The position numbers and the translations under genes are program-made. 64,000 bases of DNA, taken from an uncultured cyanobacterium. GTDB lineage: Bacteria; Cyanobacteriota; Cyanobacteriia; PCC-9006; JAAUQQ01. Below are positions 41,774 through 51,559 of this stretch, piece after piece. The notes below the pieces were generated by a model that saw nothing but the letters and a program-made list of their open reading frames with translations, did not search any database and had not been told where the DNA came from. Positions within the stretch are counted from its first letter, which is position 1, and each line of letters begins with the position of its first letter. The stretch spans positions 480,001-544,000 of the forward strand of contig OY970368.1 of NCBI GenBank assembly GCA_963718615.1, given 5' to 3'.

Positions 41774-43216
41774 GTGGCTGACTTTTCTTCATCCAAAACT
41801 GAATTTTCTGAAACTGAATTTGACGCTCTCGGTCTGGACTTCGAGCAACTCCAGTCAGAACTGCATTATTGTCAGGCCCAGCAGCTTTTGCAGGACTGGG
41901 TGACGCGGCTGGATTTGTCCGAGCGCGAACGCAGCAGCCTCAATCCTTTGTTGGCGAACTTGGCTGACACCCTCGACCGCTTGGAAAACGGCAAAGTTCA
42001 AATTGCGGCGTTTGGGATGGTGGGGCGGGGCAAATCGTCGCTGCTGAATGCACTTGTGGGCCAGCCCGTGTTTCAGACCGGCCCGCTCCATGGCGTCACC
42101 CAGGACATTGGCACATCCCAGTGGTCCCTAGAGCAAATCCCTGTGGCGGGCACCGATACCCAGGTGCAGCAGTTTGGCCTACGGCGAGAGGGACTGGCGA
42201 CGGTGGAGCTGGTGGATACCCCTGGCATTGACGAGGTGAATGGCCAGCAAAGGGAAGCACTGGCTTTGGCGGTGGCGGAGCGGGCGGATTTGATTCTTTT
42301 TGTTGTGACGGGAGATATTACGAGCATTGAATACGAAGCCCTGACAACGCTGCGGCAGGTGAGTAAGCCGATGTTGCTAGTATTCAACAAAATTGACCAA
42401 TATCCCGAAGCCGATCGGCAGGCAATTTACGAAAAAATTCGCGATGACCGGCTGAAGTCCCTGCTATCGCCGGAAGAAATTGTCATGGTGGCTGCGTCGC
42501 CGCTGAAGGTAGAAGCGATGCGTCAGGCCGATGGCCAAATTCAGGTGAAGCGATCGCCCGGTTCCCCCCAAATCAATGCCCTCAAGCAAAAAATTCTTGA
42601 AGTGCTAAACCGCGAAGGTCGGGCATTGGTTGCCCTCAACACGCTGCTGTTTGCCGATGAAGCCAATGGGCAAATTATCGCGCGGAAAATGGCGATTCGC
42701 GATCGCAGTGCGGACCAACTGATCTGGAATGCCACGCTGATGAAAGCTACGGCGATCGCCATCAACCCGGTCACGGTCCTGGATCTGCTCGGTGGAGCAG
42801 CTGTAGATGTGTATTTAATTTTATCGTTGTCGAAGCTCTATGGCATTCCCATGACGGAGCCGGGGGCGATCGCCCTCCTCCAGCGCATTGCCTTGGCCAT
42901 GGGCGGGCTGGGGTTGAGTGAGCTGCTGGCAACGTTGGGGCTGGGGTCGTTGAAAACGCTGTTGGGGGCCGCAATACCTGTGTCGGGGGGGACGAGTATG
43001 GTGCCCTATGTTTCCGTGGCAGCGACGCAAGCGGCGGTGGCCGGGGTTTCGTCCTACGGCATTGGACAAATTACGAAGCAATATTTGGCTCAGGGAGCCA
43101 CCTGGGGAGAGGAGGGGCCGAAGGCAATGGCGATGCGAATTTTGGAATCGTTGGACCAGACGTCAATTTTGAATCGGCTTAAGGTAGAGTTGTCGAGCAA
43201 ACTTAACAATCAATAG
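41774..43216 (+). CDS. Era-like GTP-binding protein with DUF697 C-terminus
   Basis: GMVGRGKS (G1), DTPG (G3), NKID (G4), hydrophobic C-terminal region. Confidence 0.9.
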   Translation: MADFSSSKTEFSETEFDALGLDFEQLQSELHYCQAQQLLQDWVTRLDLSERERSSLNPLLANLADTLDRLENGKVQIAAFGMVGRGKSSLLNALVGQPVFQTGPLHGVTQDIGTSQWSLEQIPVAGTDTQVQQFGLRREGLATVELVDTPGIDEVNGQQREALALAVAERADLILFVVTGDITSIEYEALTTLRQVSKPMLLVFNKIDQYPEADRQAIYEKIRDDRLKSLLSPEEIVMVAASPLKVEAMRQADGQIQVKRSPGSPQINALKQKILEVLNREGRALVALNTLLFADEANGQIIARKMAIRDRSADQLIWNATLMKATAIAINPVTVLDLLGGAAVDVYLILSLSKLYGIPMTEPGAIALLQRIALAMGGLGLSELLATLGLGSLKTLLGAAIPVSGGTSMVPYVSVAATQAAVAGVSSYGIGQITKQYLAQGATWGEEGPKAMAMRILESLDQTSILNRLKVELSSKLNNQ

Positions 43217-43290
43217 AAATCAATAGTTTAAGGAATTTTCCGAGGCGATCGCGATAGAGTAATTTCAATGCCATTTGGATTGTTTGAGCT

Positions 43291-43845
43291 ATGGATACAA
43301 CGGTATTTCATGGATTTTTTGAAGCCTGTGTAGGTGCTTGGACAACGGAGCGAACCTACCATTATTTGAGTCATCAGGAGGTGGAGCGATCGCGCACGGA
43401 GTTCAAGGTGGAGCGGGTTTCAGCAGCGCTCAAGCGGAAGGTGTTGCAAGACAACCAGTATGGGATGCCGGACAATCTTGAGGCGCTACCGGGATTTCAG
43501 TTGGCGTTTCATACCGTCTCTGAAACGGGAGAGGAAGTGAGCCAGGAGTTGCGGATGCTGTTTGTGATTCGTGGAGAAGCGGATGGCAAGTTAGTGGGGG
43601 ATTATTTGCGCGATCGCGCCTACGAAGAATCCCGTCCCATTGTGTCAGCTTTTCGGTTTGATCCGACGGTGCGGGAGTTGTTGATGACAACGCACTATAC
43701 GCGGACGGTTTCGGTCGATTCAATTACGCTGATTAAGCCAACGTTACGGATTCGCAAGATTTTGAATTATCGGCGTCCGCCGGAGGGTGAACCGTTAACG
43801 GATCTGGGGTTAGTCGGATTTGGGGTTGAGCAAAAGGTCGGTTAG
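43291..43845 (+). CDS. CpcS/CpeS-family phycobiliprotein lyase
   Basis: FFEACVGAWTTERTYH, YLRDRAYEE, GFGVEQK pattern of the S/U/V lyase barrel. Confidence 0.8.
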   Translation: MDTTVFHGFFEACVGAWTTERTYHYLSHQEVERSRTEFKVERVSAALKRKVLQDNQYGMPDNLEALPGFQLAFHTVSETGEEVSQELRMLFVIRGEADGKLVGDYLRDRAYEESRPIVSAFRFDPTVRELLMTTHYTRTVSVDSITLIKPTLRIRKILNYRRPPEGEPLTDLGLVGFGVEQKVG

Positions 43846-45929
43846 GACGCTGAGGCCGACTCCAGCGCCGCCAGGGCGGTTTGAATCAAAGTGCGAAAAT
43901 GGGGCTGCCGCACATCCACTGGCTGCGCCTCTAGCCGACTGCGACCCAATAGCCCTGTGACCTGGCCTTGTTGAACAGCCAACACATGGCCCCGATCATT
44001 GCGAATGCGCAGTTCTGAGCCCGTTTCCTGATTTTCGAGCACACAGGTGTAGTGGCGATCGCCCAACCAAAAGATCGCGCGTTGGGGTTTAGGGGGGGCA
44101 GAGCGGGGGGTGGGGCGAGACTTGGGTTTGGGTTTGGGGGGGGAAGAGAATTGGAGCGGTTGGAGTGGTTGGATGATTTGGGCTTGGAGGGCTTGGCGTT
44201 GGGCGATCGCCTTCTGTGCCACGCGCATTCCGGCCACTTCTAGTTGCAGTGTCACCTGGTCTTTCCAGCAATTTTCTTTGAGTTTGTAGGCAATATCGAC
44301 GCGATCGGGCAGGGGACAATACTCGGCCCAGCGCCAGACAATGCCGGATAATACATTGCCCTCCTGTTCGAGGGTCAGTTTGACATGGCCTGTGCCGACC
44401 ACCCGCTGGTCTTTGACGCGAACATCTTCGCTCCAGAAAATCGGTTCCGGATTGCCGATGCCCCAGGGATTAAGCTCGTCGATTTGCTGATACAACGCCA
44501 GTGTCAGCTCGGAAAATTCGGCTCGGCTATCAATCCGAACTAACGGTTTGAGCTGCTCCGGCTGAAGCCGTTCTAGGGCAAAGGCCTGAAGCCGAGTTTG
44601 GAAGGCTTCGAAGTTTTCGACCTTGAGCGTGAATCCGCCAGCGGCCTGATGTCCACCGTATTTTTCCAGCCATGGGTCGCAGGACTGGAGCGCTTCAAAT
44701 ACATGGAATTCCGGAATACCTCGGGCGGAACCGCGAATCGTATCGCGTCCTTCATAGGTGGCAATGAACACGGGCATGCCGTAGCGCTCGACCAAGCGGG
44801 AAGCCACAATGCCGATGACACCATGGTGCCAGTTGTCTTGGAGCAGCAGCAAGACGCGGGTTTTGATGGGGTTGAGGTTGCTTTGCTCGCAGAGGGCGAT
44901 CGCCTCTCGCTCAATGTCTTCGCACAATTGCCGCCGGTCCTGGTTCGCGAGTTCGCATGCTTCGGCTTTCTGCCGCGCCACGTTCCAGTCGTCGGTGGTG
45001 AGCAAATCAATGATCACCTGGGGGTCACCGATGCGGCCAATGGCATTGATGCGTGGGCCAAGCCGGAAGCCAATATCCTCAGGTTTAAGACTGCGGTTAC
45101 TGGTGTTGACACCGGAGCTTTCAATCAGCGCCTGAATGCCGGGAATTCGAGACTGGGGCAGTTTGGCCAATCCTTGGCGGAGCCAACGTCGATTAACGCC
45201 AACGAGGGCGGCAAGGTCGGCGATCGTACCGAGGGTAAAGAGTTCCAGAAGTGGATCGATAAATTCTTCCAGGCGACCCAGTTGCTGGGCTAACGAAACC
45301 GCCAGAATATAGGCAACCCCCACCCCGGCCATGCCCGCATAGGCAGAGTCCGGCGGAATCAGCTTGGGATTGAGAATGGCATTGGCGGGCGGAAGTTCGT
45401 CGGGCAACTCGTGGTGGTCGGTAATGATTACGGTTAGCCCTAACTCGCGGGCGCGGGCGATCGGCTCCACGGCGGTGATGCCATTGTCCACGGTCAAAAT
45501 CAGTCGTACACCCTCCCCATGGAAATCTTCGACGATCCGTTCATTGATTCCGTAGCCTTCGGTCATGCGGCTGGGAATGGCATAATCCACGTCGCCGCCC
45601 AAATAGCGCAAAGCCCGCAGCAGCAGCGCCGTGCTGGTCATGCCATCGGCATCGTAGTCGCCGCAAATCGCAATTTTGTCATGGTTCCGAAGCGCTTGCT
45701 CCAGCAACTCAACGCATTCCGCCAGGGCCGGAAACACCTCCAAGGGGTCGGGCAACGGTTGTCGTTCGGGATAGAGAAAAGCTTCAGCGGCTGCGGCGCT
45801 GGTGATCTCGCGGTTGACTAACACAGCGGCGACGAGGGGAGATAGCCCGGTGGTTTGGGCGATCGCCTCCACAATCTCAGGCTGTTCGGGGTAGGGTTGC
45901 CACCGTTGGGTGGGTAGGGGCTGAGCCAT
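43842..45929 (-). CDS. recJ: single-stranded-DNA-specific exonuclease RecJ
   Basis: GDYDADG, TVDNG, TDHH, GTIADL, PRINAIGR, GSARG, GGH..AGG. Confidence 0.96.
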   Translation of the reverse strand: MAQPLPTQRWQPYPEQPEIVEAIAQTTGLSPLVAAVLVNREITSAAAAEAFLYPERQPLPDPLEVFPALAECVELLEQALRNHDKIAICGDYDADGMTSTALLLRALRYLGGDVDYAIPSRMTEGYGINERIVEDFHGEGVRLILTVDNGITAVEPIARARELGLTVIITDHHELPDELPPANAILNPKLIPPDSAYAGMAGVGVAYILAVSLAQQLGRLEEFIDPLLELFTLGTIADLAALVGVNRRWLRQGLAKLPQSRIPGIQALIESSGVNTSNRSLKPEDIGFRLGPRINAIGRIGDPQVIIDLLTTDDWNVARQKAEACELANQDRRQLCEDIEREAIALCEQSNLNPIKTRVLLLLQDNWHHGVIGIVASRLVERYGMPVFIATYEGRDTIRGSARGIPEFHVFEALQSCDPWLEKYGGHQAAGGFTLKVENFEAFQTRLQAFALERLQPEQLKPLVRIDSRAEFSELTLALYQQIDELNPWGIGNPEPIFWSEDVRVKDQRVVGTGHVKLTLEQEGNVLSGIVWRWAEYCPLPDRVDIAYKLKENCWKDQVTLQLEVAGMRVAQKAIAQRQALQAQIIQPLQPLQFSSPPKPKPKSRPTPRSAPPKPQRAIFWLGDRHYTCVLENQETGSELRIRNDRGHVLAVQQGQVTGLLGRSRLEAQPVDVRQPHFRTLIQTALAALESASAS

Positions 45930-46023
45930 GGTTAATATGCTAAATCAGGGCTGGAGTTTAGGCTTGATCAACCATCGTCCCAACCCAGGATAGGTCCAAC
46001 TGACCAGGTTCAACTTACCGCGA

Positions 46024-46506
46024 TTAGAGCACCGCGAGGCTGCCATCGTCGCGTAAATATACAGAGCGATCGCCCGGTGGCCGAAATCCCGGTGTAATTT
46101 CGATGCGCAGCAGCTGCGGTTTGGGCTGGGTCACCTTGGCCTTGAGCGGCAGCCCCAGGGAATCCCAAAAGACCACGGAGGAGTTGTCGATCGTATCCCC
46201 TCGCCGGGTTAGGCGGAAGCTCCGGGTCGGTGCAACGGGAATGGGATCACTGCCCTGGACTTCTTCGAGTAGGATTAAACCCGCAGTTTGATTCACAACT
46301 TCTACTTCCACGGGTTTCCCCGGCACAAACCGCACGGGTTTGGGGCCGCAGTTAGAAGCACAGGTGCCCGCTTGGGCCGGAGCACTGGGGACCAGCGCGG
46401 CGAAGGAACTGCCCAGCAGCAGCAAGCCCAAACAGGTTCCCCCTAAACCGATTCCCCGTAAACCCAGGCTTCGCATCAACGGATTCAATCGCGTTATTGA
46501 TTGCAT
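46024..46506 (-). CDS. secreted hypothetical protein
   Basis: Signal peptide ending AQA, mature N-terminus GTCASNC; start uncertain. Confidence 0.7.
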   Translation of the reverse strand: MQSITRLNPLMRSLGLRGIGLGGTCLGLLLLGSSFAALVPSAPAQAGTCASNCGPKPVRFVPGKPVEVEVVNQTAGLILLEEVQGSDPIPVAPTRSFRLTRRGDTIDNSSVVFWDSLGLPLKAKVTQPKPQLLRIEITPGFRPPGDRSVYLRDDGSLAVL

Positions 46507-46598
46507 GATTGCGCTCCATCCACCGTGAGGTTGCAGTCTTATCATGACGCAAAAATGGGCTCGTTTTCTAGGCAAAACCGGACAGGCCCCCAAAAGAG

Positions 46599-47471
46599 CT
46601 ACGACTGCACAGCCTGAAGCAAATCGCGATGGACGGCTTCGCTGGTGGCAACTACGATTCCTGGCCAGACAAAGCTCGGGCAGTCCTTCAACGGGGGAGG
46701 CGGGTTACCGTCGTGGGTGGTGACGATACAACCGGCTTCCTGGGCGAGGAAGGCGATCGCCGCCCCATCAATAAACTGCGCTCCAGCCAACACAGCGCCA
46801 GCAAATGTGCCATTGAGTAGCCCCGCCGTATTAGGCATGGCGGCTTCCGCCGAATACATCTCGTGCAAGTCGTAAATCTCGTACTGCCCCGCTAGTTTTG
46901 CTCCCGCCGCTCCCATGCCCCCTCCGAGGTAGATGGCGTTTTGTTGAGGGATAATCCTATGGGGTTGACAATCCTCTAAAGCCTCTGTCAGTCGGCCTCG
47001 GAACGTCCCCTCGCCTCGCAGGGCATAAAAATACTGGTCCTGGGCCGGATTAATCAACAGCACCGCCTCAAAGCCATCCCCATTGAGCACATTCAAAATA
47101 ATTTGATAATAGGGATGACCATCTGCATAAAAGCGAGTGCCATCAATAGGATCAAGGGTCACGAGATAATCCCCTTGGGGGCCAAGAGTAATACTTCGGA
47201 AGTATTTAGTGTTAAAAGATTTTTCATGTTCTTCGCCAAAGAAACGTAATTGAGGAAAGTAGCCTAGAAGCAAAACCTCTACAAAGGTTTGAATCGACAA
47301 ATCCGCATCGGTCAGCGCCGAAGCAAAGGGATTATCAGGGTAGTCTTTCTCTGGTTGCTCGGCGATACGGCTTTGGATTTCCTGGGCGTAGGCCGCTGCG
47401 ACTTTGAGATGGGGCAGCAGTGCTGCAATGATTTGGCGAGGGGTGGGTAGGGTGGCGATCGGGTTAGACAT
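46599..47471 (-). CDS. inositol monophosphatase family protein
   Basis: TDAD, FFGEE, LDPIDGT, EAG. Confidence 0.88.
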   Translation of the reverse strand: MSNPIATLPTPRQIIAALLPHLKVAAAYAQEIQSRIAEQPEKDYPDNPFASALTDADLSIQTFVEVLLLGYFPQLRFFGEEHEKSFNTKYFRSITLGPQGDYLVTLDPIDGTRFYADGHPYYQIILNVLNGDGFEAVLLINPAQDQYFYALRGEGTFRGRLTEALEDCQPHRIIPQQNAIYLGGGMGAAGAKLAGQYEIYDLHEMYSAEAAMPNTAGLLNGTFAGAVLAGAQFIDGAAIAFLAQEAGCIVTTHDGNPPPPLKDCPSFVWPGIVVATSEAVHRDLLQAVQS

Positions 47472-47507
47472 AGGAACTGAAGGTTAGGAACTGAAGGTTA
47501 GGAACTG
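47471..47507. repeat. 14-bp tandem repeat, about 2.6 copies (TAGGAACTGAAGGT)
   Basis: Read directly; abuts the IMPase start codon. Confidence 0.9.
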
Positions 47508-47534
47508 GAAATAACGAAGGCATGTATGGCATCC

Positions 47535-47735
47535 CTAATAATCACTATCTGCCACACAAATGCCCTGACATTTAATGCCATTCGACGCCGTTCGTAAACA
47601 ATGGGGACAGAGCACCTTTTCAGCGGGTGAAACTTGCCGATTGTCTGTCGGCTTATCTATTCGCTGATCTGTTGGCTGATCTTCAATCAAAGTTGAATCT
47701 GCTCCATTCAGCGATCGCTCCCTTTCCTGACTCAT
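47535..47735 (-). CDS. small Cys-rich protein
   Basis: GAGGGGAG SD before the ATG; C-terminal CPHCLRTASNGIKCQGICVADSDY. Confidence 0.75.
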   Translation of the reverse strand: MSQERERSLNGADSTLIEDQPTDQRIDKPTDNRQVSPAEKVLCPHCLRTASNGIKCQGICVADSDY

Positions 47736-47753
47736 GCTCCCCTCCTCAAATTA

Positions 47754-48527
47754 CTAACCATTTTGCGGTTGCTCCATTCGCTCCCGCAGACGCTGGGCCG
47801 TGCGCAAAATCTGCCCCGCCAACACCGCCGCCCCAAATCCATTGTCAATATTCATCACTCCCAAACCCGCTGCGCAGGAATTCAACATCCCCAGCAGCGC
47901 CGCTAAACCGCCAAAACTCGCTCCATAGCCTACACTCGTGGGCACCGCAATCACCGGGCAATTCGCCAAGCCCCCCACGACACTGGGCAACGCCCCTTCC
48001 ATCCCCGCCACGACGATTAGCACATCTGCCCGGTCCAAAACCTCGCGGTTATCCAACAGCCGATGAATCCCCGCCACCCCCACATCCCAAAGCCGCTCCA
48101 CTTGAAACCCACAGAGCTCCGCCGTGATTGCCGCCTCCTCCGCAACGGGCAAGTCCGAGGTGCCCGCCGTTAGAATTCCGATAGTGCCCGGTTGGGCGAT
48201 CGCCTGCACTGCCGGAATCGCACAGATCCGCGCCACCTCAAAATACTGTGTTCCCAGCATCTGAGTTTGGATGTCTGCATAAATCGCCGGTCCAACCCGA
48301 GTTGCCATTATCGCCCGCTGTTTACTGGTGCGATCGCGCTGGGCTTTCATAATCTGCGCAATCTGCGCCGCACTTTTGTCCTGTCCCCAAATCACCTCTG
48401 GAAAGCCGGTGCGAATTGCTCGATGGTGGTCTACTTTGGCAAAGTTAGAAACTGCTTCATATTGGGAATGGGGCAAGGATGAATGGGGCAAGGGTAAATG
48501 GGAAAAAGGTTCATCGGTCATGGCCAT
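47754..48527 (-). CDS. larB: LarB / CpmA (PurE-like carboxylase family)
   Basis: DHHRAIRTGFPEVI, AGTSDLPVAEEA, DVGVAGIHRL, AGMEGALPS, PTSVGYG, NIDNGFGA. Confidence 0.92.
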   Translation of the reverse strand: MAMTDEPFSHLPLPHSSLPHSQYEAVSNFAKVDHHRAIRTGFPEVIWGQDKSAAQIAQIMKAQRDRTSKQRAIMATRVGPAIYADIQTQMLGTQYFEVARICAIPAVQAIAQPGTIGILTAGTSDLPVAEEAAITAELCGFQVERLWDVGVAGIHRLLDNREVLDRADVLIVVAGMEGALPSVVGGLANCPVIAVPTSVGYGASFGGLAALLGMLNSCAAGLGVMNIDNGFGAAVLAGQILRTAQRLRERMEQPQNG

Positions 48528-48542
48528 AGGGCTTTAGTCGCT

Positions 48543-50324
48543 CTAATCTAGGACAGTTAGCTGATCGAGGTTCCAAAATGCGCCGCCGATGACTGAATAT
48601 TGGATGCCTTGGATGCGATCGCGCACCGCTTCTAACTCTAGGGGTTTGACCAAATAAATAAACGGCAGTTGTTCCTGGGCAATTTTCTGAAATTCGGTGT
48701 AGATCTTCTTGCGTTTGGCATCATCCAATTCCTGCACACCCGCTGAAAACAGAGCATCAATCTTCTTCTCCCAATCCGAGACTTCCCAACCCGTCAGAGC
48801 CGTATCCCCCGCCTCTGGCCCTTGATTAAACTGATGCAGCGAGCCTTTGCTGTTCCAGATATTAAATCCACTATGGGGTTCCAGGCCACCCCCTCCAAAA
48901 CCACCGACATAGGCTTCCCATTTGCGGGAGGTCAGGGTTTGAAGCACCGTATTAAAGCTCACCACTTGCAGATTAGCCTTGATGCCCAGTGCGGCCAGAT
49001 CTTGACTAATTTGGGCGGCCATATCTACCCTGGCTTTCTCCTCAGACTTCACCAACAGCGTAAATTCAACACGATTGCCCTGTTCATCTAATAATTCATT
49101 TTGATCGTTATATTGAAATCCCGCTTCTAGCAAAAGCTGCTTCGCTTTTTCAGGATTGTAATCGTAGGCCCGAACCCCTTCGTCGACCCCTGCATGAAAG
49201 GGCGTTTGCTGATCGAGGGCGGAGTCTTGAACAGCACCAATGCCCCGAAAGATATTATCCTGCATGCGTTGGCGATCGAGTCCATAGGCTACCGCTTGAC
49301 GAAACTTAGTTTTGTTAAACCAGCGGGATTTCATCGGATTCACTAGGGATTTACCATCTGCATCTTTAGCCTTATTGAGATTAAAGCTGAGATTACGAGA
49401 GCCTAGCTCAGGGCCACCATTATAAATCGTGAATCCACCTCGTTTTTCTTCTTGCTTGAGTAAGGGAAATGCCTCCGGTTTGACCTCTAAATTATCGAGA
49501 TCACCGGAGCGAAAGCGAATCATTTGGTTGGTATCCGACTCAATAATCTGCAACACAATCCGCTCGATGCGTGGTAGGTTGCCGCCCTGCTCATCCTTGC
49601 GCCAGTAGTAGGGATTGGGCTTAAACACCAAGCGTTCGCTAGGACGATAGGACTCGATCATATAGGGGCCATTGCCCACGATCTCCTTCGGGTTTGTATC
49701 CGTTCCCCACATCGTCAAAAATTTAAGATTTCCCTTGGCATCTTTTTCCTGGATCGACGTTTCGAAAATATGCTTAGGCAAAATCGTCACCCCGCTGTTG
49801 CGTAACAGTGGAGCATAGGGTTGCGTGACGGCAATGCGCACCCGCTGATTGTCCACTTTGCTCACCGAGGGATAGCTGCCATCGCCCGTTTGCAGAATGT
49901 CGCGAATGCTGGTCGGGATATTTTCGTTTAGATAAATCTCGTTAAAGGTAAACACCACATCATCCACCGTCAGCGGTGCGCCATCGGACCAACGCAGCCC
50001 CGGACGCAGTTTAAACGTGATGCTCTTCTTATCCTTAGAAATCTCCCAGGATTCAGCCAGACCGGGCTCAATCTCCCCCGTGATGCCGTTGGTTTCTAAC
50101 ATGCCCTGCTGGATTAAGCCAAAAACCGCGTTGCTAAACAGCGAATCGTTGATGGGGGAATTGAAAGTGCTGGGATCGCTGGGGGTTGCCATAATCATTT
50201 CTGGCACCTGCGCCGCTTCGGTGCGAAGCTGCCGTGCCGAGCAACTGCCGATGCCAAGAGCCAGAAGGGCAGCGAGGCTGAAGCTCATCAGGATTGTCCA
50301 AGGGCGATGCAGTTGCTGAATCAT
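48543..50324 (-). CDS. ABC transporter substrate-binding lipoprotein, family 5 (peptide/nickel)
   Basis: Lipobox-like IGSC, PGLAESWE, WSDGAPLTVDDVVFT, GNGPY, FRQAVAYG. Confidence 0.93.
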   Translation of the reverse strand: MIQQLHRPWTILMSFSLAALLALGIGSCSARQLRTEAAQVPEMIMATPSDPSTFNSPINDSLFSNAVFGLIQQGMLETNGITGEIEPGLAESWEISKDKKSITFKLRPGLRWSDGAPLTVDDVVFTFNEIYLNENIPTSIRDILQTGDGSYPSVSKVDNQRVRIAVTQPYAPLLRNSGVTILPKHIFETSIQEKDAKGNLKFLTMWGTDTNPKEIVGNGPYMIESYRPSERLVFKPNPYYWRKDEQGGNLPRIERIVLQIIESDTNQMIRFRSGDLDNLEVKPEAFPLLKQEEKRGGFTIYNGGPELGSRNLSFNLNKAKDADGKSLVNPMKSRWFNKTKFRQAVAYGLDRQRMQDNIFRGIGAVQDSALDQQTPFHAGVDEGVRAYDYNPEKAKQLLLEAGFQYNDQNELLDEQGNRVEFTLLVKSEEKARVDMAAQISQDLAALGIKANLQVVSFNTVLQTLTSRKWEAYVGGFGGGGLEPHSGFNIWNSKGSLHQFNQGPEAGDTALTGWEVSDWEKKIDALFSAGVQELDDAKRKKIYTEFQKIAQEQLPFIYLVKPLELEAVRDRIQGIQYSVIGGAFWNLDQLTVLD

Positions 50325-50397
50325 AGAACACTAGACTTAAAACGTTAGACCGAAGGGGAAGAAGCAGTCCGAGAGTGTGCGAGTCATGGGCACCGAG

Positions 50398-51432
50398 TTA
50401 ACTGGTTGATGCTCGTTGAATCATGGACTGTACAGCCAAATTCGTGTTGATAGACATCAGTTCAAGGTCTGGATGACGGTTGGGGAAGACCCGAAAAACT
50501 TCATCAGCAAAGGCTTGCCCGATCGCCTCTACCTCTGAAAAATCAAAAATGACAACTTTGAACTTATCGACCCTAGCGAGCAGTCGTTTGGCTTGCGATC
50601 GCGACACTAGCTGCTCATCCCCATATTGAGCCAATCGTACTGGAACTACAGTTTTGATAAAGCCATAGCCCTCATCTAACGTTGCAGAGAACTGATCAAA
50701 GACAGTCTTACAATCTCGCTGGGTTTGATTCTCTAACCGCATGAGAACCGTAGTACCCAATTGATTCTGAGGATGTTCTAAGATCCAGTCTTCAATGAAG
50801 TTGATTTGGTGAGAGAACGTCACATTGCCCGAAACAACCGCAAATTGATCAAATAGACGCGAACTGAAAAAGATTCCCTGACCCGAATGATGATCTGGGT
50901 CTGTGGTGAGTTTACCTTTGGCAAGTTCCAAAACAGCATGACGCTCATCCAGTAAATTCATTTCGCGCTGAATCTTTCGGAAAATACCTTCACCATCATC
51001 CTGAATGGTAATTTCTGTCGTAGTCACAGTCTGAAGAACTTTTATTTTCACGATTGTCCCGGCAGAATGATCGATCGCATTGTTCAGCATTTCTGTAAAC
51101 CCATAAAACCAAATCTCTACAGCATTGGGAAATAAGCCAATGAGCAGGGGTTTTACCTCTCGGGTCCAGATTATATCCTCAGAGAGGAGAGGTTGAAGGG
51201 GATAGGTCTGCTCCCATTGCAAGCCGATCGGCAAAGCATAGGACCGCTTGCTGCCAGTGCCGGTCGCTTGCAGGTCTCCTTGCTCCACCAAGCGCTTGAG
51301 ATGTTTGTTGGCTGCTTGTCGGGAAATTCCAAAGGTTTGGGCCGTGAACGCAGCGATATCAGTCCCATGTTGCGCCACATGGTTAACAATAAATTGGCGA
51401 ATTGTCTCGCCTCGCTGCCGGGTACCAGCCAT
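50398..51432 (-). CDS. wHTH - HATPase_c - STAS-like (DUF4325) fusion protein
   Basis: FGISRQAANKHLKRL HTH; EMLNNAIDHS (N box), DDGEGI (G1), HSGQGIFF (G2), GTTV; FDFSEVEAIGQAFADEVFR. Confidence 0.88.
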   Translation of the reverse strand: MAGTRQRGETIRQFIVNHVAQHGTDIAAFTAQTFGISRQAANKHLKRLVEQGDLQATGTGSKRSYALPIGLQWEQTYPLQPLLSEDIIWTREVKPLLIGLFPNAVEIWFYGFTEMLNNAIDHSAGTIVKIKVLQTVTTTEITIQDDGEGIFRKIQREMNLLDERHAVLELAKGKLTTDPDHHSGQGIFFSSRLFDQFAVVSGNVTFSHQINFIEDWILEHPQNQLGTTVLMRLENQTQRDCKTVFDQFSATLDEGYGFIKTVVPVRLAQYGDEQLVSRSQAKRLLARVDKFKVVIFDFSEVEAIGQAFADEVFRVFPNRHPDLELMSINTNLAVQSMIQRASTS

Positions 51433-51466
51433 AAAAAGGTCAGGAGAGAAGTGTCAAGCCAGTCAT

Positions 51467-51522
51467 CTGTCAACCTTATCAAAACAAGGCGACAACCTTA
51501 AGCCTAGGGCTGTCAACCTTAT
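51467..51522 (-). promoter_or_regulatory. array of three direct repeats upstream of the HTH-HATPase-STAS gene
   Basis: CTGTCAACCTTAT (51467), CGACAACCTTAA (51490), CTGTCAACCTTAT (51510); CAACCTTA cores 22 and 21 bp apart. Confidence 0.65.
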
Positions 51523-51559
51523 GGCGATCGCCCCCTCAGAACAGAAGCCACCCAAGCCC

